Shown one piece after another: positions 46,830-55,851 of a stretch of DNA of 64,000 nt. This DNA is from Pseudomonadota bacterium. GTDB taxonomy: Bacteria > Pseudomonadota > Alphaproteobacteria > Rhodobacterales > Rhodobacteraceae. Both the position numbers and the translations under genes were made by a program. Position 1 is the stretch's first letter. Every line of letters begins with the position of its first letter. Location of the stretch: contig JBCBHE010000021.1 in the NCBI GenBank assembly GCA_038526085.1, positions 3,705 to 67,704 on the forward strand, in the 5' to 3' direction. The notes beneath the pieces are model-generated. The model was not told where the DNA came from, did no database searches, and saw only the letters and a list, made by a program, of their open reading frames with translations.

Positions 46830-47573
46830 TCAGCCAGACCATCCGCCGTCAATGACGTGCGGTTGGCCTGTGGTAAACGCGCTTTCATCGCTTGCCAGGT
46901 AAACGACCAGGGCGGCGATCTCTTCTGTTGTGGCGACGCGGCCCATCGGTTGGCGGGCGACAAAGGCCTCCATCGCTGCATCATAACTTCCCATCTCTTC
47001 ACCCAGGGCCTTCACCCGGTCATGCCAACTTGGACTTTCGACTGTACCGGGGCAGATGCAGTTGCAGCGGATTCCCTTGGTGATGTATTCAACGGCGACC
47101 GACTTGGTCATCCCAATCACCGCCGCCTTTGTCGTTCCGTAGATAAACCGGTTCGGCGCACCAATGATCGACGACAGGGCGGAAGACATGTTGATAATAG
47201 AACCATTGCCGCGATCGAGCATCCCCGGCAAGGCGGCGCGGATCGTGCGATACATCGATGTCACGTTCAGATCGAAGGCAAAATCCCACTCCTTGTCCGT
47301 CGCATCCAGGATCGAACCGTGGTGTACAAAGCCCGCGCAGTTGAACAGGATATCTGGGTTTGCCCGCGCGACGCCCTCTTTCACAGCCTCATCGTTGCGG
47401 ACATCCATAACGAAGGTTTCAATGCCAGGCGCGTCCAAGGTTGCTAGCGCCTCTGCATTGACATCAGTCGCAAAAACCATCGCCCCTTCCGCGGCCATCA
47501 TCTGAGCAGAGGTCTTCCCAATCCCTTGCCCCGCCGCTGTGACCAACGCGCGCTTGCCGTCCAATCGTCCCAT
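46830..47573 (-). CDS. SDR oxidoreductase (2-keto-3-deoxy-L-fuconate dehydrogenase/BDH2-like)
   Basis: TAAGQGIG, NCAGFVHHG, YGTTKAAV, CPGTVESPS. Confidence 0.85.
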   Translation of the reverse strand: MGRLDGKRALVTAAGQGIGKTSAQMMAAEGAMVFATDVNAEALATLDAPGIETFVMDVRNDEAVKEGVARANPDILFNCAGFVHHGSILDATDKEWDFAFDLNVTSMYRTIRAALPGMLDRGNGSIINMSSALSSIIGAPNRFIYGTTKAAVIGMTKSVAVEYITKGIRCNCICPGTVESPSWHDRVKALGEEMGSYDAAMEAFVARQPMGRVATTEEIAALVVYLASDESAFTTGQPHVIDGGWSG

Positions 47574-47668
47574 AAATTCTCCCCCGAACCATCCGGCCTC
47601 GACAGGCCCGCAACGTCTGATAGCGTAATCACGCACGCGGGTGGAGGACAACCGCGAAAGGGGGGCAT

Positions 47669-48625
47669 ATGGGACGGATCTTGATCTTGGGCGGCGGCGG
47701 CATGATCGGCCAAAAACTGGCAGCACGGCTGTTGGCGGCGAATGCGACGGCGGATGTAACTCTCTTCGACATAGGCTTTCCGCCAAACGCGGTCTCAGGC
47801 ACTGCCATGGAAACAGGTAACCTCGCTACCGCTGGCGTGGTTGCGGGCCTCGCCAAACAAAAATTTGATACCATCTTCCACCTCGCTTCCATCGTCTCGG
47901 GCGAGGCGGAGTCGAACTTCACCAAAGGGTACACGGTGAACTTGCATCCGATGATCGCATTCCTCGAAGCACTCCGGTTGGAGCATGAGGCCGAGAGCAC
48001 ATATCGTCCTCGCTTCGTCTTCACATCGTCCATTGCCGTCTTCGGCGGCCCCTACCCCGAATGGATCTCGGATGATTTCGCACCCTCCCCACAAACCAGC
48101 TATGGCACCCAAAAGCTGATGTGCGAAGCGCTGGTCCAGGATTACAGCCGCAAGGGCTTCATCGACGGCCTGTCGCTGCGCCTGCCAACAATCTGCGTGA
48201 GGCCCGGAAAGCCGAACCTCGCCGCATCGTCCTTTTTTTCCGGCATCATCCGCGAACCGCTGAACGGACAAGAAGCAATCCTCCCCGTCCCCGACACAAC
48301 CCGCCATTGGTTCGCAACGCCGAAAGCGGCCGCAGGGTTTCTCGTGCACGCCGCAGAGCTGGACACGGGAATGCTCGGCGGTCACCGGGCGCTGAACCTG
48401 CCCGGTGTCAGCTGCACAGTGGCCCAACAAATCGACGCCCTCCGCACCGTCGCAGGCCAAACACCGGTCGAGCTAATCAGCGCGCAACCGGATGAGACGA
48501 TCATGTCCATCGTCGCTGGCTGGCCGACAGGTTTTACAGCGGACCGTGCCACCGCGCTCGGCTTTTCTGCCGAAACCTCCTTCGAAGAGATTATCAAAAC
48601 ATATATCGCGGAAGAGCTCAGCTAA
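47669..48625 (+). CDS. denD: D-erythronate dehydrogenase-like extended SDR
   Basis: GGGGMIG, HLASIVSGEAE, FTSSIAVFG, SYGTQK, RLPTICVRPGKPNLAASSFFSGIIREPL. Confidence 0.8.
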   Translation: MGRILILGGGGMIGQKLAARLLAANATADVTLFDIGFPPNAVSGTAMETGNLATAGVVAGLAKQKFDTIFHLASIVSGEAESNFTKGYTVNLHPMIAFLEALRLEHEAESTYRPRFVFTSSIAVFGGPYPEWISDDFAPSPQTSYGTQKLMCEALVQDYSRKGFIDGLSLRLPTICVRPGKPNLAASSFFSGIIREPLNGQEAILPVPDTTRHWFATPKAAAGFLVHAAELDTGMLGGHRALNLPGVSCTVAQQIDALRTVAGQTPVELISAQPDETIMSIVAGWPTGFTADRATALGFSAETSFEEIIKTYIAEELS

Positions 48626-49605
48626 TGGCCGAAGAGCACGACAAGAGCATGATGGAAAACCTTTACTGGTGGGGCGTGCCGACGCTGTTTCGGTGTCCGC
48701 ATGAATGGCCACAAGGGAAAGACATCGCACTTGTTGGCGTCCCGCATTCCACCGGCAATGGTACAACAGAGCGGGATCAACACTTAGGCCCTCGCGCTGT
48801 ACGCAATGTCTCTGCCGTTCAACGACGGGTGCATGGGGCGTTCGGGATCGATCCGTGGGTCTCGGCCAAAATCGCAGATGTCGGCGACGTGCCGTTTCCG
48901 CGGGCCAACGACAACGAAGATTGCATCGCGCGGATTACCGAATTTTATAAAACCATCGACGCCGCGGGCGCGCGCCCGGTGTCCATCGGCGGCGACCATT
49001 CCATCACTGGCGGCATCGTACAGGCTTTGGGCCGCGGCAAGCTTGCGAACGGCGAACCGGTTTGCTTCCTACACCTCGACGCACACACGGACGTTTTCAC
49101 CAAGGTCGACCACTTCCTCGGCGCAGAAAAATCCGCCGCACACTGGGGCGCCTACCTTGCGGATCAAGGGCAAGTCGATCCTAAACATTCCATGCAAATC
49201 GGCCTGCGGGGCCACCCGCGGACATTCGACTGGCTACAGCCGTCCTACGATTACGGCTACAACATCGTCACGATGAAGGCGTACCGCAAACGCGGTGCGG
49301 CGGACGTCATCGCGCAAATCAAAGACGTGCTGGCAGACCGCCCCGTTTATATCACCTTCGACCTCGATTGCCTCGATCCAACCGTCGCGCCTGCGGTGTC
49401 AAACCTCGAAGCGGGTGAGAAGGGCTTTGATATCGACGAAGCGGTCGGGCTGCTGCACGCCGTGCGTGGCATGAACATTGTCGGGGGTGACGTCGTCTGC
49501 ATGATGCCCACCAAAGATAGCCCGAACAACATTACAGCGTTGGTCGGCGGAGCTGTGATGTTTGAAATGATTGCGATGATCGCTGAAAACGTCGGGGCAA
49601 AATGA
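48625..49605 (+). CDS. Ureohydrolase (agmatinase/arginase family) with atypical substrate pocket
   Basis: Metal ligands GGDHS, DAHTD, DLDCLDP present; HGT, GTGTP and VEV motifs altered. Confidence 0.85.
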   Translation: MAEEHDKSMMENLYWWGVPTLFRCPHEWPQGKDIALVGVPHSTGNGTTERDQHLGPRAVRNVSAVQRRVHGAFGIDPWVSAKIADVGDVPFPRANDNEDCIARITEFYKTIDAAGARPVSIGGDHSITGGIVQALGRGKLANGEPVCFLHLDAHTDVFTKVDHFLGAEKSAAHWGAYLADQGQVDPKHSMQIGLRGHPRTFDWLQPSYDYGYNIVTMKAYRKRGAADVIAQIKDVLADRPVYITFDLDCLDPTVAPAVSNLEAGEKGFDIDEAVGLLHAVRGMNIVGGDVVCMMPTKDSPNNITALVGGAVMFEMIAMIAENVGAK

Positions 49606-50465
49606 GGACGAAGGCACCCTATCGGAACAGCGCACTTTGGCTCGTCGTTCCATGCCTTGTGCTACTCTTGTTCAGTTTCGCGATCCCAATCGTGGCGGTC
49701 GTCAACTATTCGGTCCACGATGTCTTTTCTGGAAACACCTTCGTTTGGGCGGGGGGGTACTGGTACGAACACGTGCTAAGTTCCAGCACCTTTTGGGACA
49801 CGCTCGGCCGGACGTTCCTATATGCGGTCCTCGTCATCGCAATTGAAATTCCCCTGGGGGTATGGATCGCATTGCACATACCCCGCGCTGGCCGACAATC
49901 CTCCTTTTTTATTATCGTTGCCGCGATTCCGCTGCTGATCCCTTGGTTCATCGTTGGACTGGTGTGGAAGATCATCGCCGATCCGGCTATCGGCCCTCTG
50001 GGCGTTTCCGCCGTGGCGCTTGGCACATTTTATGACCTCAACTCACCTATCATTGCGTGGGCCGTCATCATCCTCGCCGATATCTGGCATTGGACAGGTC
50101 TTGTGGTGCTCCTTAGCTACGCAGCGCTTGTGGCAATACCCCGCGCCTACTACCAGGCGGCGCAGGTCGACGGGGCCTCCCGTGGCGCCATTTTCCGCTT
50201 CGTCGAACTCCCCCGGCTCAAGCGGGTGCTGATCATTGCACTGTTGCTGCGGATGGTGGATGGGCTGATGATTTACATCGAACCCTTCATGATCACTCGC
50301 GGTGGACCCGGCGTCTCGACGACCTTTCTGTCGCAAGACCTTATCCAAACCGCGATGAAGGAGTTCGACTTTGGCGAAGCGAGCGCAGCAGCGTTGATCT
50401 ACCTGCTCATCATGCTCGCATTGTCTTGGGCGCTTTTCCGTATCATGACCGCCGCCGATGACTGA
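49602..50465 (+). CDS. Carbohydrate ABC permease, GlpP-like
   Basis: VNYSVHDVFSGNTFVWAG, IEIPLG, PLLIPW, EAA-type YYQAAQVDGAS loop. Confidence 0.85.
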   Translation: MRTKAPYRNSALWLVVPCLVLLLFSFAIPIVAVVNYSVHDVFSGNTFVWAGGYWYEHVLSSSTFWDTLGRTFLYAVLVIAIEIPLGVWIALHIPRAGRQSSFFIIVAAIPLLIPWFIVGLVWKIIADPAIGPLGVSAVALGTFYDLNSPIIAWAVIILADIWHWTGLVVLLSYAALVAIPRAYYQAAQVDGASRGAIFRFVELPRLKRVLIIALLLRMVDGLMIYIEPFMITRGGPGVSTTFLSQDLIQTAMKEFDFGEASAAALIYLLIMLALSWALFRIMTAADD

Positions 50466-51288
50466 ACCGCACGTGCCATATCACCGCCGGCGCATCGTCC
50501 CGTTGCTCTATGCGGCATTCGTCCTGCTGCCACTTTATTGGCTGTTCATCATCAGCTTCATGACGCAGGAAGAAGCAACCGCAGGCCTGTCCCTCGTTCC
50601 GCAAAAGCCGACACTAAATAACTACCTATTTATATTGACGGATTCAGGTTGGGCGATGGGGTTTGTGAACGCTGCCATTTACACGTCAATCAACGTCGCA
50701 CTTTCACTCACCGTCGCAATCCCCGCGGCATATGCCTTCTCGCGGTACCGGTTCTTAGGCGATAAACATCTGTTCTTTTGGCTCCTTGCCTCCCGCATGA
50801 CGCCCTCTGCGGTTCTATTCCTGCCGCTCGTCCAGCTCTATTCCGAAATCGGCCTGATGGACCGGACCATCGGCGTGGCGTTAGCACACTGCCTTTTCAC
50901 CGTGCCCGTCGCCGTCTGGATCCTTGAAGGCTTCTTCAAAAACATCCCAGTTGAACTCGACGAGACCTCTCGCGTTGACGGGCGCGGCGGCGCCGCCTTC
51001 GCCTTTCAGGTTCTTCTTCCCGTCGCGGCCCCTGGTATCGGCGTGGCAGCGTTCTTTTGCTTCATGGCGTCTTGGGTCGAGCTGATCCTCGCCAATGCGT
51101 TGACGACGACAGAGGCGAAACCAATCATCGCGGTCCTATTCCGGGCCGGGGGGCCGCTTGGCTTTGTGCACCTGCCGATCCTTTGCGCGGCTGGCGTGCT
51201 GACAATCCTCCCAGGCCTTGGGCTCGTCTACTTCGTGCGGCATTACCTGGCGAGCGGGCTATCAATGGGTCGGGTTGGACGGATGTAA
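50458..51288 (+). CDS. Carbohydrate ABC permease, GlpQ-like
   Basis: PAAYAFSRYRFLGDKHLFFWLL, AHCLF, VWILEGF, LDETSRVDG. Confidence 0.87.
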   Translation: MTEPHVPYHRRRIVPLLYAAFVLLPLYWLFIISFMTQEEATAGLSLVPQKPTLNNYLFILTDSGWAMGFVNAAIYTSINVALSLTVAIPAAYAFSRYRFLGDKHLFFWLLASRMTPSAVLFLPLVQLYSEIGLMDRTIGVALAHCLFTVPVAVWILEGFFKNIPVELDETSRVDGRGGAAFAFQVLLPVAAPGIGVAAFFCFMASWVELILANALTTTEAKPIIAVLFRAGGPLGFVHLPILCAAGVLTILPGLGLVYFVRHYLASGLSMGRVGRM

Positions 51289-51324
51289 GGGTGCACCAGA
51301 ACTGCTAACATGAACCTCTCAATT

Positions 51325-52149
51325 TCAACTGACCAAAGTCGCCGTTGACGAAAAGAACATCGCTTGGCTCACGGCCGACCGCACCTCCTCTTCGGTGTAG
51401 GGCTTCGTAATCAAAAACGCTGGCTCCGGCCGTTCACCTGTTAACAACCGCTCTGGGAAAGCCGTGATGAAGATCACTGGCATATCGGCTTGATCCTTCA
51501 GAATGTCGTTCACTGCATCGATGCCCGATGATTTATCGGCCAATTGAATGTCCGACAGGATCAAATCTGGCACCTGTCGACCCGCCAGGGCGACGGCTTC
51601 GGCCCGCGTGCGGGCGATGCCTGTCACCGTGTGGCCCAGTTCTTCGACTATGGCCTGGATCTGCATTGCGATGATTGGCTCATCCTCGATGATCATCACC
51701 ATGCCGGTCGCGCTTTGCGACATCTCTTCGAGCGCGATCCGCAAGAGATGGTTCACCTCGATCGCATCAGTTTCCATGATCTCTGCGACTTGGGCGATGC
51801 TGAACCCTTCGATGGTGTTCAGCAACAAAGCCTCGCGCGTATTGGGCGTAAGGCCAACCATATGGCGCTGTGCAGCACTCTCAAGTCCCTCACCCACAGC
51901 AGCAGACGGCGCGCCAAGGCTGATCCAGATCCGATGGAAGGTTGTGTATAGCGCAACGCGGTCCGAGGAAGCGGTTTGAAACACCGTGCGGTCTTGCAAC
52001 AAGGCTTCGAGCGTTGCGGCCGCAAGCTGATCACCGCTCACCTGTGCGCCGGTCAAGGCTCGGGCGTAACGGCGCAGCAAAGGCAACATCTCCGCCACGA
52101 TCAAAGACAAGGGTTTCTTTTCATCAGTCGCCGACATGCGGGTCCCCAT
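51325..52149 (-). CDS. phyR: PhyR anti-anti-sigma response regulator
   Basis: N-terminal sigma-like domain LPLLRRYARALTG; C-terminal receiver IIEDEPII, DIQLAD, FITAFPERLLTGERPEPAFLITKP. Confidence 0.95.
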   Translation of the reverse strand: MGTRMSATDEKKPLSLIVAEMLPLLRRYARALTGAQVSGDQLAAATLEALLQDRTVFQTASSDRVALYTTFHRIWISLGAPSAAVGEGLESAAQRHMVGLTPNTREALLLNTIEGFSIAQVAEIMETDAIEVNHLLRIALEEMSQSATGMVMIIEDEPIIAMQIQAIVEELGHTVTGIARTRAEAVALAGRQVPDLILSDIQLADKSSGIDAVNDILKDQADMPVIFITAFPERLLTGERPEPAFLITKPYTEEEVRSAVSQAMFFSSTATLVS

Positions 52150-52165
52150 TTTTTATCAAACGTTC

Positions 52166-52190
52166 GGAACCAAACGCCGTCTGGCTTGTT
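52166..52190 (+). promoter_or_regulatory. EcfG-type promoter for nepR-ecfG
   Basis: GGAAC-N16-TGTT. Confidence 0.7.
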
Positions 52191-52197
52191 TGGTTCC
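52173..52197 (-). promoter_or_regulatory. EcfG-type promoter for phyR
   Basis: Minus strand GGAAC-N16-CGTT. Confidence 0.8.
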
Positions 52198-52251
52198 CAA
52201 CAAGATCGCAAAATCGCCCAAACAGCCTCAGGGGCAGAGTCAGGACAAAAG

Positions 52252-52410
52252 ATGTCAGCAAAAGATACAGCGCGGCGGATCAAAGATCAGATGATTGAGG
52301 ATAATCTCAAACGCGCCTTTACCAGCAAAGCCAACGAAGCTGTGCCAGATGAACTTTTGGCGCTTCTGGACAAGCTCAAAGCACAGGATGATTCAAATGG
52401 CCCATCCTGA
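52252..52410 (+). CDS. nepR: NepR anti-sigma factor (52 aa)
   Basis: IEDNLKRAF...NEAVPDELLALLDKLKAQD; between phyR and the ECF sigma gene. Confidence 0.88.
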   Translation: MSAKDTARRIKDQMIEDNLKRAFTSKANEAVPDELLALLDKLKAQDDSNGPS

Positions 52411-52978
52411 TCCAATCCCCGCCCCACTCGACCCGCGTGAAGAATTGGTGACACACCTGGGTGTTCTCCGCGCCTTTGCACTGAACCTTACACGCAATGA
52501 CGCCACAGCCGACGATCTGGTGCAAGACACGGTCGTGAAGGCCTGGAAGAATATCGACAAGTTTGAAGAAGGCACCAACATGCGCGCTTGGCTCTACACG
52601 ATCCTGCGCAACACCTTCTATTCCGACTACCGCAAGCGTCGGCGCGAGGTGCAAGACAGCGAAGGGCACTTTGCTGCGACGCTCTCGGTTAAGCCCGATC
52701 ACGATGGGCGTCTCGCAATGACCGACTTTATGGTTGCCTTTCACAAGTTAGGCGACGAACAGCGTGAAGCGCTGACCTTGGTTGGCGCCTCCGGCTTTGC
52801 ATATCATGAAGCCGCAGAAATGTGCGGTGTCGCGACCGGAACCATGAAAAGCCGGGTCAATCGCGCGCGCGCAAGGCTGGGAGAGTTGCTTGATCTTCAG
52901 GGCGACGACACGCTCGACATAACAGATAAGAGCACGCTCGCAGTTATTACGTGCGGACTTGCCGTTCGGCGCAGTTAA
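52397..52978 (+). CDS. ecfG: ECF sigma factor EcfG (general stress response)
   Basis: LRAFALNLTRN, ADDLVQDT, GTNMRAWLYTILRN, GTMKSRVNRAR. Confidence 0.93.
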   Translation: MAHPDPIPAPLDPREELVTHLGVLRAFALNLTRNDATADDLVQDTVVKAWKNIDKFEEGTNMRAWLYTILRNTFYSDYRKRRREVQDSEGHFAATLSVKPDHDGRLAMTDFMVAFHKLGDEQREALTLVGASGFAYHEAAEMCGVATGTMKSRVNRARARLGELLDLQGDDTLDITDKSTLAVITCGLAVRRS

Positions 52979-53097
52979 CAGAGTATTTCCTAAGGCGATC
53001 GAATAGGGCCAAGTCTCGCCACATTTGTCGGACATCCAGCAACCATATTTTTTTGGCATGGCGTTTCGTGTGCTGAGTTATTCTGTGGAGTTGGTTA

Positions 53098-54531
53098 ATG
53101 AGTGGACGGTGTTCCCGCCTCGCGACCGCGAGCCTTGCTGCGATCCTATCAGTTGTCACGCCTATTGCCGGCGTGAGTATCGCAAAGACGACCGAAGCAG
53201 CAACGCAAGAGCCCGGTGACGGCGGACGTGCCCGCATGAATGTTGCAGGCAAACTTCCGATTTACAGTGAGACCATCGCCGCGGCAGCCTGCATGCTGCA
53301 GCAGGGCTTTGATGTCGCGCATGAACGCGAATTGCTCGAGAAGAAACAGACAGAATACCTTAAACTTCTGGACGCCCTGCAACATGGTGAACCAAGCCTC
53401 GGGATCCCAACCCCGGAAAGCCACCGCAAGACGGTTGTTGAGATTGAAGAGCTGCGGACGCTTTACGCCCCGATGGACGCCGCAATCACCGGCCTCTTGG
53501 CGGATGCCCCGAACAACGCCTACGCGGCGCTGATCGCGCAACAGAACTATCCGGTGACCGAACAGGGTGAAAAGCTCTTCAACGTCATCCTCAACGAGTA
53601 CACCAATCCGTTTGAGATGCTCTTAGCCGACGCCATTGCCATGTCCTTCGCCGAACGGCAGGAGATGTTCGCGGAACGATTGAAGCGCGAAGCATGTGAG
53701 ATCGGCAGCGGCAACGCGAGCGCTGAGATCCTGGAAGATTTCGACAAGACAATGCAGCTGTTTGAAGTCTCACTTACAGCACTTCACGACGGCTACCCCG
53801 CAGCCGGCATTCGCCCGCCCCCTAACGAGATCATTACCAAGCACCTCGAAGACGCGATGGTTGAATGGCAGGCGGCCAAGCCAATTTTGCAGATGGTCCG
53901 CGACAATGGTGGTGCGACAGAAGACGAAATGGTGCAGATCCGTAAGGTGACCGAAGGTCTCGACCACACGATGCACGCCATCGTGGTCGAATACCTCCTG
54001 GCCTCCCCCGGTGCCAACGACATGCTCGACACGCCGCTGCGCACCTATGCCACGCGGGAGCTGATGGGCTGGCTTGACGATCCGGTGATCATCGACGCGA
54101 TCCGCGAACACAACCTTGAAACAGACGGCATGACCCATGAAGAGCTTTATGCCCAGAATGCGCAATGGGAGGCTGAACTGGCTGCAGGGTCTGGCCCTCT
54201 GCTGGACAAGGTCCTCAACAATCCGGCGTCATTAATCCTTAAAGACATGAAAGCGGCGTCCTCAGAGATCGTGACGGAGGTCTTCATTATGGACCTACGC
54301 GGCGCTAATGTCGCAGAAAGCGAACCGACAACGGCATATTGGCATCTGGAAGAAGAACGTTATCAGGCGGTCTCATCCAGCCGTGGTGATGCAATCTACG
54401 TTAGCGACGTCCATGTTGAAGTTGGCGGTGACATCTACCAAGCCGAAGTGTCCCTCCCGATCAATGACCCTGAAACGGGCGAACGGATCGGCGTTGCGTC
54501 CTTTGGCGTCAACGTGCAGTCAATGTTCTAG
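53098..54531 (+). CDS. Exported sensor-only protein: two PilJ/NarX-like helical domains plus a Cache/PDC-like domain
   Basis: Signal peptide; repeats RMNVAGKLPIYSETIAAAAC and AMSFAERQEMFAERLKREAC; C-terminal EVFIMDLRGANVA...IGVASFGVNV; no TM or output domain. Confidence 0.6.
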   Translation: MSGRCSRLATASLAAILSVVTPIAGVSIAKTTEAATQEPGDGGRARMNVAGKLPIYSETIAAAACMLQQGFDVAHERELLEKKQTEYLKLLDALQHGEPSLGIPTPESHRKTVVEIEELRTLYAPMDAAITGLLADAPNNAYAALIAQQNYPVTEQGEKLFNVILNEYTNPFEMLLADAIAMSFAERQEMFAERLKREACEIGSGNASAEILEDFDKTMQLFEVSLTALHDGYPAAGIRPPPNEIITKHLEDAMVEWQAAKPILQMVRDNGGATEDEMVQIRKVTEGLDHTMHAIVVEYLLASPGANDMLDTPLRTYATRELMGWLDDPVIIDAIREHNLETDGMTHEELYAQNAQWEAELAAGSGPLLDKVLNNPASLILKDMKAASSEIVTEVFIMDLRGANVAESEPTTAYWHLEEERYQAVSSSRGDAIYVSDVHVEVGGDIYQAEVSLPINDPETGERIGVASFGVNVQSMF

Positions 54532-54625
54532 GTCTTTTCACCTACGAAAAGGTCGTTGCATTCTATTTCATCGCAAGTGCGCTGCGATCCTGCTTTGATG
54601 GCAACATCAAACGCAGGAGGTGCGC

Positions 54626-55618
54626 ATGCAATTTCTTGGCCAAACCATTCATCCGCTTGGCATGGGCTGCTGGCCCATCGGCGGGCCGATGTTCGCAGGT
54701 GAAATGTCGGTCGGCTACACCGGCAGCGATGATGCGACATCGCTGCGCACGATCCACGCCGCCCTCGATCACGGCATCACCCTCTTTGATACTGCTGCTG
54801 CGTACGGGGCTGGGCATTCGGAGGTGCTGTTGGGCCAGGCCCTGGATGACCGGCCAGACGCCCTCGTCATCACCAAAATCGGCATCACCATTGATGAGGT
54901 GACAAAGCAACTCTCGGGCCAAGACGACGATCCAGCTACGGTTATGCCCGCGATCGACGCTTGCCTTCGGCGGCTGAACCGCGACACCATCGATCTCCTT
55001 CTCCTGCATCAAAACGCCCGTTCTGCGGAGGAGGCCGCGGCATTCTTTGATGAAATGGAAGTCGCCCGCAGCATGGGCAAAATCCGCAGCTACGGCTGGA
55101 GCACTGATTTCTCTGCCAGCGCTGCCACGATGGCTAATCGGGATGGCTTTGTGGCCGTCGAACACGCCATGAACGTGTTCATCGATACGCCGCGCATCCA
55201 ACAGACTCTGCAGAACACGGGTCTTACGGCTCTCATTCGCTCCCCCCTCGCTATGGGCCTCTTATCTGGCAAATACGACACCACATCGACCATGCCGCCG
55301 GCTGACATCCGGGCCAATGCGCAACTCGAATGGGCCGACTACTTTGTCAACGGTCGCCCCAACGCGCGCTTTATCACGATGCTGGACGCAATCCGCGACC
55401 TGCTGACAACAGATGGCCGGACCCCCGTGCAAGGCGCGCTCAGCTGGCTTTGGGCCAAAGGCCCTACCAACATCCCCGTTCCAGGCGCGCGCACCGAAAA
55501 TCAAATCGCGGGCATCGCCGGGGCGCTGGCGCACGGCCCCCTGCCCGCTTCTGTCATGGCAGACATCGAAACTTTCATCCCGCGACCTCTCGCCGATGAG
55601 CCGGATCGCGAAAGATAG
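54626..55618 (+). CDS. Aldo/keto reductase
   Basis: LGMGCW, FDTAAAYG, ITKIG, RSPLAMGLLSGKY, PVPGAR; RBS AGGAGG. Confidence 0.92.
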   Translation: MQFLGQTIHPLGMGCWPIGGPMFAGEMSVGYTGSDDATSLRTIHAALDHGITLFDTAAAYGAGHSEVLLGQALDDRPDALVITKIGITIDEVTKQLSGQDDDPATVMPAIDACLRRLNRDTIDLLLLHQNARSAEEAAAFFDEMEVARSMGKIRSYGWSTDFSASAATMANRDGFVAVEHAMNVFIDTPRIQQTLQNTGLTALIRSPLAMGLLSGKYDTTSTMPPADIRANAQLEWADYFVNGRPNARFITMLDAIRDLLTTDGRTPVQGALSWLWAKGPTNIPVPGARTENQIAGIAGALAHGPLPASVMADIETFIPRPLADEPDRER

Positions 55619-55631
55619 ACTCAAAAACGCG

Positions 55632-55656
55632 GGAACCTCTGCGCCCCTGACCCGTT
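55632..55656 (+). promoter_or_regulatory. EcfG-type promoter for the DUF1328 gene
   Basis: GGAAC-N16-CGTT, 33 bp upstream of ATG 55690. Confidence 0.8.
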
Positions 55657-55689
55657 CCTCCTGCATCAGACACGCAAAAGGAGGCGCCC

Positions 55690-55851
55690 ATGCTTGGGTG
55701 GTCACTGACATTTTTGATCATCGCCCTGATCGCAGGGGCGTTCGGGTTTGGCGGAATCGCCGGGGCCTCCGTCGGGATTGCACAGATCCTGTTTATCCTA
55801 TTCCTCAGCCTTTTCGTCGTCACTGCGCTGGTCCGGCTGCTGCGTCCCTAA
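55690..55851 (+). CDS. DUF1328 (UPF0391) small membrane protein, 53 aa; missing from the ORF track
   Basis: Hand translation [53 protein letters not shown]; RBS AGGAGG. Confidence 0.9.
   Translation: MLGWSLTFLIIALIAGAFGFGGIAGASVGIAQILFILFLSLFVVTALVRLLRP

Noticed and set aside
47669-47786. Overlap of denD with the extended SDR ORF (46830-47786)
   Set aside because: The SDR most plausibly starts at ATG 47573 (MGRLDGKRAL), which removes the overlap.
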